Shown: positions 1-13,000 of the stretch, piece after piece
How positions within the stretch are numbered: the stretch's first letter is position 1
Layout of the letters: each line of letters starts with the position of its first letter
Assembly (NCBI GenBank): GCA_043228905.1
Contig: JBHGNT010000018.1
Location: forward strand, 868,001 to 932,000
Reading direction: 5' to 3'
Length of the DNA stretch: 64,000 nt
Origin: Azolla caroliniana
Lineage: Eukaryota; Plantae; Polypodiophyta
Translations under genes and position numbers: made by a program
Notes under the pieces: model-generated
Databases searched by the model: none
What the model was told of the DNA's origin: nothing
The model's input: the letters and a program-made list of their open reading frames with translations, nothing else

Positions 1-403
1 ATTGCATTTTCCTTTGGAGAGGCCAGCATACAGCTTGTAACCTCTGGGGTCTTGCACTTCTGAGGGATCGCAAACAAGAGTCCGTCCAATGGGATTGCCT
101 TTTGGAAGCCTCAACCAATGTCTTCTGAGGTTAAACTAACATCAACACTTGCCAAATTGTCACACAAATTAAGAAAATGCTTGTCTTAGATTAAATAGAT
201 AATGAAGTCCCAAATTTAGATTTCATGAGGGCTGGTGATATTAGTAATATGGAGGCAATTGCAGAAGAAGTAGAGCACTAGGGGTGCATCTGGTAATTAG
301 GGAGAAGATCATTACACAGAACACAGAGACAGAGAGACAGGCAGGCATTCAGCTAACCCTAGCAGACAGAGGGATCTGATAGCTTATCTGTGATTTTGCA
401 GAC

Positions 404-2865
404 ATGTCGTCTTTGAGGAATGCCATTAAACGTCGTGCGCATAAGGAGCGTTCTCAACCGTAAGCTTACACCTTTTTAATGTATCCTACTGTTTTTCTCT
501 CTCCTTCTCCCAGTCTATTTTCTGTTTACATTGTTCTCTGTAAAATAATCTGTGCAGAAGCGAACGACAGAAGTATGGCTTGCTTGAGAAACACAAAGAT
601 TATGTGCTTCGGGCACGAGACTTTCACCGTAAAGAAGATACAATCAAGGTATGAATCATCTTTTTCAACTTATATTTCGGTCTCAGGAATTTTTCCTTTT
701 GTTTATTTCTTTGGACTATATTTATTTCTTTATTCTAATCTATGGATATATGTAAAGAAATGGTTTATAAGACATAGTTTTGCGGTCTCCATAGATGTCT
801 ATTGGGGAATTAGACATTATTAAAGCTATCTAGGGGTCAAGACCAGAAGTTGTCATCGTAAATTATCATTGAATGTATTTCAGAAACTTAAGGAGAAAGC
901 AGCAACTAGAAACCCTGACGAGTTTTATTACAAAATGCTCAATACAAGAACTGCTGATGGTGTTCATAGACCCAAGTAAGTTTCATTTTCTTTTTGTGGA
1001 AGTAAATTTGTTTTCACAGGCTCCTTTTATTGGCTCTACTTGCTCTTTTTAATAGTACTTTTCATTGTTCTAGGACCATTGCCAAACAATATACACATGA
1101 AGAACTGATGCTTATGAAAACCCAGGATATTGGATATGTACTTAGTAAAGCACAAAGTGAATGCAAGGTGAATGGGAGAAAAGATAGAGAAGATGGTTTG
1201 AGTAATTTATCTGTTCACTATTGGTATGTGTGGAAAATGACTTGATCTTCTGACCTATTATAGAAAGTAGAGCGACTAAAAGCAACCTTGCATTCGACTG
1301 ATCAAGAACGAATAAACAAGCATTTATACTTTGCAGTGGACAGGTAACCTTTTTATTGTTAGGTTTAACTTGATCTGGATAATTATTTTCAATAGCTTTA
1401 CAAAATTGATAGATAACAAAAACTCTGAAATTATGATTATACCCTAACTACCCAATTCCATTAAATCTTTATTCATAGTAGCTTCTTTTAGTACATTGTG
1501 TCATAGAATGTGATTCAACCTGTCTATGAAAGTTTACTTTACTCTTAGGAGTTTTGGAAATAAGCTTGAAGGGATATTTTAGTGCTGCTTCTATCCTCTC
1601 ATGTATGATAATCCCTAGGGATTCAGACCTTCAACTCGTATGTATGATATAATATCAAGTTGTATGATGGAACTCCCACTTTTGAGCATTCTTAATTACA
1701 GATCGTGATTGAGTCACTCTCACTCATTATGTTCTTCTTGAATCTGTCGTATTCTTGTGTCAAGGGATTAATCTCTAGTTGTAATCTTGGTTTCTTTCTT
1801 TTATTTAGTTTGAGGATCGAAAATCCATGATCCTCATGAAACAAACTTCCATTGTGCTACTTTCCTGGATTCCTCAATCTTGACCTGTGAAACATTGTGC
1901 AGATTTCTTCTTTTTGCGACTGCTTCTAACTCTGGATTTCAGTCATTGTGGCAGATTATTCGAGGTTTTATAAGTTTCCTAGGGTCACAACTAATGAATA
2001 GTCCACTCGTCTATCCAGAACAGTAAAGAAAAAAGAAAAATAAAATAAAATGAAGACATTTTTATGACAAAGTTGGTCTTTGAGCTAAAAGGTACATTAT
2101 AAGTGTCCTTTGGATATTACAAAGGAGACAATCTCAGATTATGTGTTAAACCTAATCTACAAATGATTGGATACTGATCAGGACAAGCTAGTTAGTAAGT
2201 GATTATCTCCTCTAGAGTATCTGTTGAGTTGGAAGATGTCTATGTGCTTAACTATTCTTCAGCTTTCTTTGCTATTATGTTTACCTCAGCTTGTTCTTCT
2301 TTGAGTTTATGTTTGTGCTATTGATATCAGATGTTAAATTTTGATATATGAGCAACGTATCATGTGTGGTTTATATATGGACTCAATTTTGATTACTCTT
2401 TTTGTCCGTTTTCTTCTGTGTAATGTTTACTCCAGTGAGGAAGCCAGAGAACTGAGGCAAGAAACCGGAAAACAGCAGGAAAGTGATACCAAGGTTGCTA
2501 TACCAAAGCGCATCAAGTTGTAAGTTAGAAAACTGATGAATACATGACTGATATGGATGAGAAGATGGGTAACTAAAACAGAACTGGTGGTATGCCAGAC
2601 TTAATGATCGTGCATACAGAGAATTGAAGGATCGTGAAGAGAGAGCTGCAAAGTTGCGAACGATGGTCTCAGCCATGAGGATGGAAAAGGAGCTTATGGT
2701 GGGTAATGCTTAAGAACTGCCCAGTCTAGTTTTCTTTTGTAATAAATTATGATCATAGATTTGTATGTACAGGGTAAGGGGAGGAAACGGAAGCTGCGAG
2801 ACAATGAAGTAGTTTCACCATCTGAAATGCCTGTATACAAATGGCGTCGAGAACGGAAAAAATGA
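404..2865 (+). CDS. UTP11: U3 snoRNA-associated protein 11 (SSU processome), 8 exons
   Basis: Exons 404-459, 558-648, 884-975, 1074-1167, 1264-1343, 2436-2519, 2599-2698 and 2773-2865 are joined by GT-AG introns. Translation: MSSLRNAIKRRAHKERSQP..KYGLLEKHKDYVLRARDFH..RNPDEFYYKM..LMKTQDIGYV..GKGRKRKL..VYKWRRERKK*, the Utp11 signature motifs. Confidence 0.93.
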
Positions 2866-3016
2866 GAACCAGAAAATGAGCAGCAAGTTGAGAAGTTTTG
2901 ACAGCTAGATGTATATTTTTCTACCTGAATTATCAAATTTTGCTGAATACATATAAGTTAGTCTAGTGTACCTGAAATGAACAAAGCTAAATTTACCTCC
3001 AAACTTATTGATCAGT

Positions 3017-3410
3017 GGAGAATATTCCTTTCAGAATGTATGGGATTGATTGATTTTCCAAGGATAAAGGAGAAGGTATAATCACTTATTGTCACAACCA
3101 GATTAGAACCAATATGAGAATATTACGTCCACAAATTGATGTCTTTTATAGGTTATTGTTATCAATTGAGTCTCTACAAGTGATTCCAAGTTCACATTCA
3201 CTCATAATTTACCCATTCCATGCATGTATTTTCCTGCTCATTCTGAAAGGAATATTCCTCTCTCAAGATTGTTTGGAGTTGAGAGTTGGGAATATTCCTT
3301 TCAGAATGTATGGCATCAATTGATTTACCAAGGACAAAGTAGAAGGTATGATCACTTAGTGTCACAACCAGATCAGAACCAATATGAGAATGTTACGTCT
3401 ACAAATTGAC
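3017..3410. repeat. ~120-bp diverged direct duplication with a 20-bp inverted repeat (hairpin) at the start of the second copy
   Basis: ~3020-3140 resembles ~3289-3410 (GAATATTCCTTTCAGAATGTATGG...GTCACAACCAGAT.AGAACCAATATGAGAAT). 3239-3258 is the exact reverse complement of 3289-3308. Confidence 0.85.
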
Positions 3411-3559
3411 GTCCACCCCCCAACACTAGGAGACATGTCAAAACATTTATCATAAAAATGCATGGTTACCATGGAGAATCTTCAAGATTGTTGAAACAAG
3501 TACGTGAATGAGAAGCCAACTGTAATATGACAATACAATCATCCAAGTCATGTGAAAAA

Positions 3560-3830
3560 TCCAACACCATTACATTATCATGAACGTTGACATTTTGATA
3601 ACTTGGACATCTAGCATTAAAATCTCCCACAACTAATACTTCTTTTATCTTCTCATATTTAGAAATGTTAGCAGAAACATTGGAAAAAGTAGTTGTCGGC
3701 CAGCACTTCTTTTCTTGTAGGTCACACCATCTTGATGCTTAAGTGGATTTAGAATTCCATCTCATTCCTCAAAAGGAACCATCCTATGCTAAGATAATGA
3801 GGAGACCTTGGATCAATTGTTGAAAGTTGA
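3560..3830 (+). mobile_element. possible degenerate Gypsy-type protease fragment
   Basis: Translates to DLEFHLIPQKEPSYAKIMRRPWI, which resembles the retropepsin C-terminal 'Y.IILGRPWL' motif. The region is otherwise decayed. Confidence 0.3.
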
Positions 3831-4239
3831 AGAGAATGGGGTGTGAGACTATGATACTTTCCCAAAAGACAAGTATAAAACAATTTACGATATAAAAACG
3901 ATAATCTTATCCAAATAACAAATCATGACTAGTAGTCATAGGGCCATGAAGCAAAGAATATGTTTGTTTGGAAAACGAAAGTTTGCAAGATTCTCAACTC
4001 ATGAAGGAACAGCATATAAGATGCTATCAAAAGACTTCAAATGTAAATTACACACATGAGATATATTGAAAGAGTTTGCAAATAATCACAAAGCAACCAT
4101 ATACAATGGCAACAAATATTATTCAACATTGTCTTGATCTCAAAGAAGAGCACAAGCCACACAACTCTCACCTTGTGAATGGACATAATTCAAATTAGGT
4201 TTTTGGGTTGTTTCCTACTCACCTTCCACCCTCCCTCCG

Positions 4240-4465
4240 TTGAAGGCTAGAGGATCAAGTTCGTGCTAGCTAGCGATGATTGCCACTAGTTTATAGCTCT
4301 AGATACCTACTTACATTAAGTAGAAAGTAAGAGAGGATATGTAAGTTGTCTCATATTCTTGAACTTGGCCGGGGGGTTGATTCCCCGACTTATATACTTG
4401 TATAATCTTTCTGTAAAAATCTCTCCTAACTAATGGGAAAGTAGCTCCTTTTTTGTATAAAAAAA
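4240..4465 (+). mobile_element. 3' end of a poly(A)-type non-LTR retroelement
   Basis: Ends TCTCCTAACTAATGGGAAAGTAGCTCCTTTTTTGTATAAAAAAA. The same terminus recurs at 11533-11579 between TSDs. The 5' boundary is uncertain. Confidence 0.55.
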
Positions 4466-6618
4466 GGAACACTTTGTATAGGTTTTTCATAATGGGTGTT
4501 TTGTATTATTATGGTTTCTAATAAGAATGACAAACAAATAGTGATTAATTCATATGTTCATTCAATTTATTTGACCCTTCAAAGTTTATGGATTATTATA
4601 CATTCAACATATTCTTTCTCATACTTTTTGTGTCTTTAGAAGATGGTTTCTTTATTACTCCTCCCGATAGTTTCCATGCCATAAGAACCCTCTTTTTTTT
4701 TCTTTTCTTTCCAAAAAAGACTACTTCCATTAGTTAAGGCAATGTACATAGGATAATATACAACTCATATCTTATAGGCCAACTTGCATGTCAAAAGGAA
4801 AACAATATGTGTAAAGGAAACAACAAAAACAACTCCAAAACACCACATCTTTCGAAGAGCATAGCATTACCCGAACGCATACCCTCCATGTGAGCCTCAT
4901 ACAACCCGAATGCAGCATAGGCATCCTCCACTCTCTTCTCATGGCAGCACCCATCTATATGTTAGGTACACTTGGAGGGAACAACCACTGTGGTGGTTTG
5001 ACCATATTAGGTTAATAGAATAATGCATTTTGGCCATCTTATTAATTGATCTTCATTTGAACAACTAGAAAGATTTCTTAGATGTGGATATTATCATGAG
5101 TGTTTGCTTGCCATAACTTTCAAAAGTTAAAATTTAATTTATTGACCTTACTAGCTAGTTACCATTATGTAAAAAGCTCCTATCGTGTGGGGGATTGTCT
5201 CCTCCCTCCCATTTAAAAATGTGAAGAGTAGCATGGATTATTTTGCCAAAGGACTAGCTTTTGTAAACACTTGCCTCCCAATGGAATGCATTTATTTCGT
5301 TTGCAAACACGTTGCCGACATTCATTTTTCTTCCGGATGTTATTTCACCAGTACTAATCTTATATTATCATGGAAGGAATATAACCCAAAAAAGCATGCG
5401 CAGTTGAAGACAAAACTTTAGAAAGTTTTGTCATAGTTTTCCATTATTCAAATACAAAAAGGGAGGGTGACTATTCTTAAGACAAATGATGATGAACACT
5501 ATCAACAAAAGAGACAATGCCATGCATTTTTATCATGTACTCAACACTTTGCCTTTCGGCTCCATTACTATGCTCACAAAAGTGTGGGTTGTTGAATTTA
5601 CACTTGAAACACGTGTTTAGGATTTATGCTCATGACTAGTGAGATTGTAAGTTTATGGTCAAAGTGAGACTCTTCAAGATCAAGTAGATTTTTATGTGCT
5701 TTATTACAAACATGATTTGAAAGACAAAATATTATCTATCCATTGAACGAAACCAATTGTTGTGAGTCGCACGCCCATATCCAAATCATTAAGGGGATTA
5801 TTTGTAAAATTCAATTACCTTTTCATAGTCTTTGTTCGAAAACTTGGAGTACAACAAGAAAACGTTGTTTTCCCTTCATTTTGGCTGGAATCCTATCACG
5901 AATATCTCTAGATTTTTCTTATTTGATGATTATGGTAGGAACACAAAGAGTTTTGATAGGGTTCTAGCCCTTTGATTCACTGGGTTGAAACGACATCATT
6001 AGGCCTTGTAAATTTATACAAATTCTCTAATAAAAATCACGATAGATAGCCCGTGGTATACTGAAGGAATCAATAATGTTGTACGCAATCCCATTAGTTT
6101 TTGAAAAGACCACAAAGGATAACTTTGGTAGGCACACAACATACCTATAGATGCATGGTGCAATTTGCTCACAAAGAGAATCCATGCATCAATAGCTAAA
6201 TTCAAAACGTCCAACTCAAACCAATGAATGAAGGGATTTTTTTTTTGTTGTTGTTTATGTTCACCATGGATAGGCTGCATGTACTCTTTGGAAGACAGCA
6301 ATCGCGATGTTCCATGGCGGAGTTCTCTTTTTTCCTCGCAAAAGTCTATATGTGAATCTACCTAATAATTTAGATGTGAACTGGAACCTTCAAATTTAGA
6401 TGTGAACCGGGAACCTGATAATTTCGTCGTCTTTCATTTAACCATGACGTGAAACCCAGTTCGAAACCGGAAAAAAGGCCCCATTAAGAGAGGACGGAGT
6501 GGGCAATATTCGGCCGGAGGTATATTCCTATCGGATCCTCGCGAGATCCGGAAGAATATTCTCCTCCTAGGGACTAAAGATAGAAAGAAACCAACCAACC
6601 AACCTTAACAAAGACTAG

Positions 6619-6942
6619 ATGCATGAAAGAAGAAGGGAAAAATGGTGTGAATGTATGAACAAGGAAGACAAGCCATTGCTTACACACACTACTCTGATGA
6701 TTCTCAGGAGTCCTCATCTGGTCTTGTCATTCCTATGCTTGCTTATGATTACTCATGGCGAAGCAGAATATGGAGATGGAGATGGAGATGGAGACAAAGA
6801 CAAAGACATGGCTTTGGCTCGGATTGCATTTGGCTCATGTGCCCACCAGAGGCTGCCCCAGGTAGGCATACACAAAAGAAACATTAGCTAGAAATAGAAA
6901 CGGAAGTAGAAGATATAAAAAAAATGAAACAGGAAGAATGCA

Positions 6943-7013
<71 letters not shown>

Positions 7014-10000
7014 TGTGTCAAAAACTATGAGGTCATTAGCTTGATACATGAATGTGGCGCGTAGTTTAGGATAATTAATATATGTTGCAATAAAAATGGG
7101 TGATAGTGGGGATTTGAACCCATGATCTTTTTCGACATAGCGGAGTTATTGTTTGGATAAAATCTGTCTATACAGGTTGTTCATACAAATCTACAAGAAT
7201 AGGGATGTTTAATAGATTTAACCCTTTAAATGAAACAATCCCTTGACATTCACTCAATTCTGGTGGAAGCGTCTTGTGAAATTTCCCAATCTACCAAGGG
7301 TTGATGCCCCAATTTCATGTGAACTGGTACTTATGAACCGATAAGAGTATTATTCAAATTCAGTCATTTGTATGATATACTTCTTCCTTACAAAGTTGTA
7401 ATAAAATACAGGTGGGATTTGGAATTGAATAGGAATAGCCTTAGGCACAGTGTATATAAATTATATGCTAAAAAAGTGCAAGTTTTCATTTATGAGATAT
7501 ATTAAAAACTGGAAGACCAATTGGATGATCGCTCATTACATACATCAATTTCTTGAATTGGGATCTCTAACTCATCCAATCAATAATACGAAACACAATG
7601 GAATTGAGAGGGTTCATTAAATGTCTTTATTTGAACCCCTCCCATGACTGAGACTATCAGGAAGAATATTCTAATTTGCCTACACCTGATCATTGTCTTA
7701 GTCTTTTCTAGGTTTGATGCGAGGTCTTGTTGTCCACAGAAACAATCTAGAGCTTTGAAATGACGTTGTACACCTCCATAAGTTTTAGAAACCAAGATAT
7801 GTCATCAGCGTAAAGAAAAATGTGCATAATTGTACCTGATGTGGATTCCCTCACTGCCGCCGTGTGTAATGCTTCTCACTACCTTGTTGATGTAGAGTCC
7901 AAAGAGGATGGAGGTATCAACATCTACTTGGCAGCACACATGTGCCAATGTAGAATTCTCTACATTGCTTCACATCGATGGTGCTTATGATGAACTTTGA
8001 TGCTCTTTTGGACACCTAATTCATCTTAAAACTTGCTTACATAATGCATATATCACCTACATCACATTAGAGGGAATTTTAAATGCATTATTCCATTTGC
8101 ATAATATCAAAGGCCTCATGGAATTCTATAAAGCAGCCATACAATGTTATTCTTTGTGCCTATGCTTGGTCTACCAAGTAGCATAATGTAAGGATGTGAC
8201 TGGTAGTTGAGAAGGGGCACCTAAATCTAGCTTAGGTTGAGTCTTGAATCTCTTGGACCTCGGCAGAACTGTGACTTCCACTTTAAGAACTGCTCCATAA
8301 AGTTTCGTGTCTGTGGCCTCTAATGATAGTTGAATAGTTCCCTAGTTGGAGGCGTTTTCTTACTTGTGGAGAGGCACAATCATGTGCATGGATCATGTGT
8401 CAGTCTCTTTACTAAGTCCCTATGGTGAGGGACATGAGATAAGCTCTCTGCATAAGAATGCAGCAGTTATGAATCCTTAATCTAGGTCAGGGGTCGGGCT
8501 CCTTTGATGCATTTCCAGGGAGTGGCCAAGTCTTTGTGCATGAAGACACAGTATAAATCCCAATATTGTGCTTCATCATAGGCAAACCTTTTTTGGCATG
8601 CAAGAGTTCTCATTTTCTGGGAGATCATTTGTCATGTAGTTTACCCAAGGCTTAACCTTGTATGGAGTTGTCAGTACATCTCGTTACTTCCCTCATGGTA
8701 TGAACAGTTTTGGGGTATGTTCATGGGAAGGTGGTGTCGTATTAGCATGCAATATGGAGAACTATTTATGGCAAAGGTACGTAATATGATAGACTTGGGA
8801 GATGAGGGGATTGAGGCAATATGGAGAACTATTTATGGCAGAGGTATGAACAGTTTTGGGGTATGTTCATGGGAAGGTGGTGTCGTATTAGCATGCAATA
8901 TGGAGAACTATTTATGGCAGAGGTACGTAATATGATAGTCTTGGGAGATGAGGGGATTGAGGGGTGTAGTTGGGTCTAGATGATAGATTTCTTGGTGGAT
9001 ATATTGACTATAAATGGGTGGTTTCCCTTGTCATGAGGGTGTAATCAATTGCGCCATCACCTCCTAGTGGGAAACATGTAAGGTTGCTAGAATCTGTCCA
9101 CGAGTTCATCCCATTGTAGATAACTAGACGTTGTTAGAGACCCTAGTTTTAATAGATGTTTGCATATTCTCTGATTGCATATATCTGGCTTTTGAGTGAG
9201 AGACTCATTAAAAATCTATGTTGATCTAGTTACCAGTGAATGAGTTTTGGAACAAATGCTTCATGGAGAAAATTTTTAGGACAGTTTTGTACTCTTTGTT
9301 AACTTTAAAGCTAAGGTTTTGTTTTTGGTGTGTAGTTCTTGGAGGCTTGCATTGGTGGTGGTTTCTGCTTTCATAGAAGCATCACTAATGGTTCATGTTT
9401 CTTTTCTTTTGTGTGGTACAACACGGACGATGCATGGGTCCATGTTGCATCTTTGTTGTTCAACATGCCCTATTTGTGGTTTGATGATTAGGATAAGGGT
9501 TTATATATTCTGTGTAATTTACAATCATTGTGTGACCTTGATTTCTAACTCCAGCCTTCCAGAGTTCTCTTAAGAATTAGTAAGATTGCATATTTCACTG
9601 AAAAATAAGAGAAAAATGAAATGAAATTTTGCATTATCATCCCCAAAAGGCCACAGTCACCGATGAGACCAAACATTACATCCTTGTGAATCTTATGGGA
9701 GTCTTATAAATAAAGCAAAACAAAATTGTGCATAAATGGGGAATGCCATGGTGCATATGGTCCCGTTTGTTTGTTGGCCCATTGTTGGTTGGTTGTTGAG
9801 AACGTCAGTCAGTCGGCAAGCAAAATTTCAACTGAAGCCCCCAATTGATCAAGACTTCGATCAATGAACAGGTTGTCTTGTCGTCGGCAATTCAGAAAGT
9901 GTTAAGACACCCACATGAGATGCGGTGGATTCAGCGGGAGATGTTTACATTCTGAACCACAAGAAACCGGCCCTCACTCATCGTGGGGACTATATAACTA

Positions 10001-13000
10001 GGTTGTGATGAAAGTACAATGATGTAGTGTCCATAGATACAAGTGCAGAGGGAACAATTTAAAAAATGATGAAAGTACAATGATGTAGTGTCCATAGATA
10101 CAAGTGCAGAGGGAATAATTTAAAAAATAAATACATATCTAGGACAGGTAAGACATGAGTGGATCATTTGGAGGTTAAATATGGCCGATGAGACAGAAAG
10201 ATTAATTAGATGAGCTTTTCCTTTGTTAATGAAAGGAAAGAAGAAAGAAAATATTGAATGAAAGAATTAAATTGTTGATGTGAATCAATTGGGAAAAAAT
10301 AATATGTTTTGTAAATATAACTACATATACTACAACGTATAATGCTGTATTTTTTAATTGTTCAACTGCAGCCAATTTGGGAAGCAGTGAACAATTTTAA
10401 TCCACAGTTGTTTATCTGGCTTGGAGACAATATATATGCTGACAATAAAAGACCAGTTCGTATTATTGGGAAAGAGAGAACTTATGGACCTTGGAGGAAT
10501 TCTCCTCGTTTTTCGGCATCTTCTATACAAGAAATGGAAGAGAAATATTCAGAAGCTAAGAACAAGCCTGGCTATATGAAGCTCTGCAAAAATGCAAGGG
10601 TACGGTGTCTTTCTCAAATAAGTTCCAAGAACTCAATAGTCATTGATAGGCTGACCATTTTGATGAAGCATGTGCATTGAATTTCCTTAAGTTAGTCTTT
10701 TTTTTGTATTGCTAGATTATAGGTACATGGGATGATCATGATTATGGGCTGGATGATTCTGGAAAGGAGTTTGCTGAAAAGAATGCCAGCCAAAAGCTTC
10801 TTCTAGATTTTCTCGATGAACCTATTGGCAGTGGAAGGCATGAAGATAAATGCATTTGAATCTACAATTTTGGTTAAAGTTGAGGCCCTAATGTTTCTCA
10901 TGATCCTTTCAGGCGAACCCAAGAAGGTGTTTATACCTCTTATGTGTTTGGACCAAATGGTAAGCAAATCAAGGTTCGTTTATTTTCCTTATCTAAAACA
11001 TTCAGGCTCTTAAGGATGTTAGTATATGTTTGTTATCTTCGATGATTTAGCAATCAAGCTTAAAATAGGGTTTGTGACAAATCTGACAAATCAAGTTTTT
11101 ACATTACAATAATATGATAGTCATTACGTTCTTTATTGATCTGCAAAATTCCCTTAGTCAACTGTTTTTCAAGTAGCATAAAGAATTTCATAATAGCTGA
11201 GAAATCTATTTTACCTTAACTTGGATATAAACTTTATTGGGCATTTGTTTTCTTTTTTTAATTCTTAATTTTAGCATGTCATCATCACATCACATATGAT
11301 GATTTTTTGGTGGTTTTTCCAGGTTATTCTCCTGGACACCCGTTATCATAGGGATCCCCTATTTAGCAATGGAGATGTGTTGGGAGAGGGACAATGGACA
11401 TGGCTTGAGGGACAACTTAGGGAAAATGAGGCACAAATCACTATTATTGGATCTTCAATTCAAGTAATTACCTACTCATGTGAATATTACGTTATAGTTT
11501 CAAAGTTTGTAGACTCAATTGTGATGTCTAGTTCTCCTAACTAATGGGAAAGTAGCTTCTTTTTGGAAGAATAAAAAACTGTGATGTCTAGTCTCTTGTC
11601 ATTACATTTGATTTACTAAGAAAGGATAACAAATGAAAATTCTATTACCAAGCATTAGTACACATACACATACAAACACACACAAACGAAACATAAAACA
11701 TAAACACAACATGAAAAATGCATTGTGGATGGAAGGGTTGATTATAGGTAAAACCATTACTTTGACCTTCTACACCCTTCTAGATGATAATTCTTCAAGT
11801 TTATATGACAAATGGGAGATTATCACAAATATATGTTGTTTTAGAGACAATGGACTCTTCAAAGGATGGAAAACTCAATTTCACTGATCAAATATATCTT
11901 TTGATTGTTAGGGTTACCATATGTTATTTTTTCAAGCTTTTACTTCAGAAAGCTGGATTACAATTTACAATATCTTTTTTTCTCTTCTGTGATTGGAGTA
12001 GTTTTAGGTTTTGTAATAACTTTGTTTGATCGGCATTTGGAGATAACCTCACTCTCTCAAATGTATGGAAAGGATTGAATATGAGAAGGTCATTGAAGAT
12101 ATTAAACAACCATATTTGAGCATAGACCTTAAACAAGCACCCATGTATTCCAAGATGGTTAGGGATATATTGCAAATGGGAAGCTTTCAAGAAAGTCATT
12201 TTCTCATGGACAAACAAATCTTTTTGCCCATGCATATACCTTACAAAGGAATTAAGATATGTAGTTCAAAGTAAAAAATACTTAAAAATAATGAGACTAT
12301 GAAAAGCTCAGTTCCTCACATTGGCTTCTTAGAATCTCGTTTGAAGCAAGCAAAAAGATCCATAGACACATAAAAGAAAATTTATGTTTTGATTGGATGT
12401 AAGATATGAAAAAATGGTTTGGAAGATTGAATGTGATGCATGTACTTCATGATGCATCAATGATTTTGTTGTGGATAACACCCTTTTGTAACTCCATTGG
12501 ATCATGACATGGGAAAAATATAGAGTCTCACACTTCTCATATTATTCTACATATATTCTACCAAACTACAAAACCATATTCTATATCAAACTAAGAAACA
12601 ACACACAATGAAACTTGTTAGAGCCCATCCCATTTTCTACCATCTGAACCATTTCTTCCATATGATTTCGTTCCCACTCACTTAGGTCATGAGTGATGAG
12701 ACTAGTTCACGATGCACATTTTGTCATAAACAAGTTCAGGAGTGAGTATCACTCTTTTATACAATGTATTACCTTTCATCGCTTTCCACACATCTTCAAA
12801 CCAACCCTAGAGTTTCTCCCACTATCACAATATGCATTCTCAATTGTGACATTCATTAGTAAAGTTCTTGAATATCGAGAGTTACTACTCACTCTCACAT
12901 ATATTACACGAAAATGTTTTTGGTCCCGCAGGTCATATTTAACCTCTGAAGAAAATAATAAAATCAAACTATTTCTTTCTTTGTATATAGCTCTTGATGG

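Noticed and set aside
6500-6570. GC-rich imperfect inverted repeats upstream of PhoD (CGGATCCTCGCGAGATCCG; AATATTC...GAATATT)
   Set aside because: The stems are short and imperfect. The GnATATnC-like P1BS matches (e.g. GCAATATTC, GTATATTC) are too short to call a phosphate-response element without data.
7094-7130. tRNA-like T-arm/B-box on the minus strand (GGGTTCAAATCCCCACTATCACCCA)
   Set aside because: No D-arm, A-box or anticodon arm could be folded. It is at most a SINE or tRNA relic, and tRNAscan-SE would decide.
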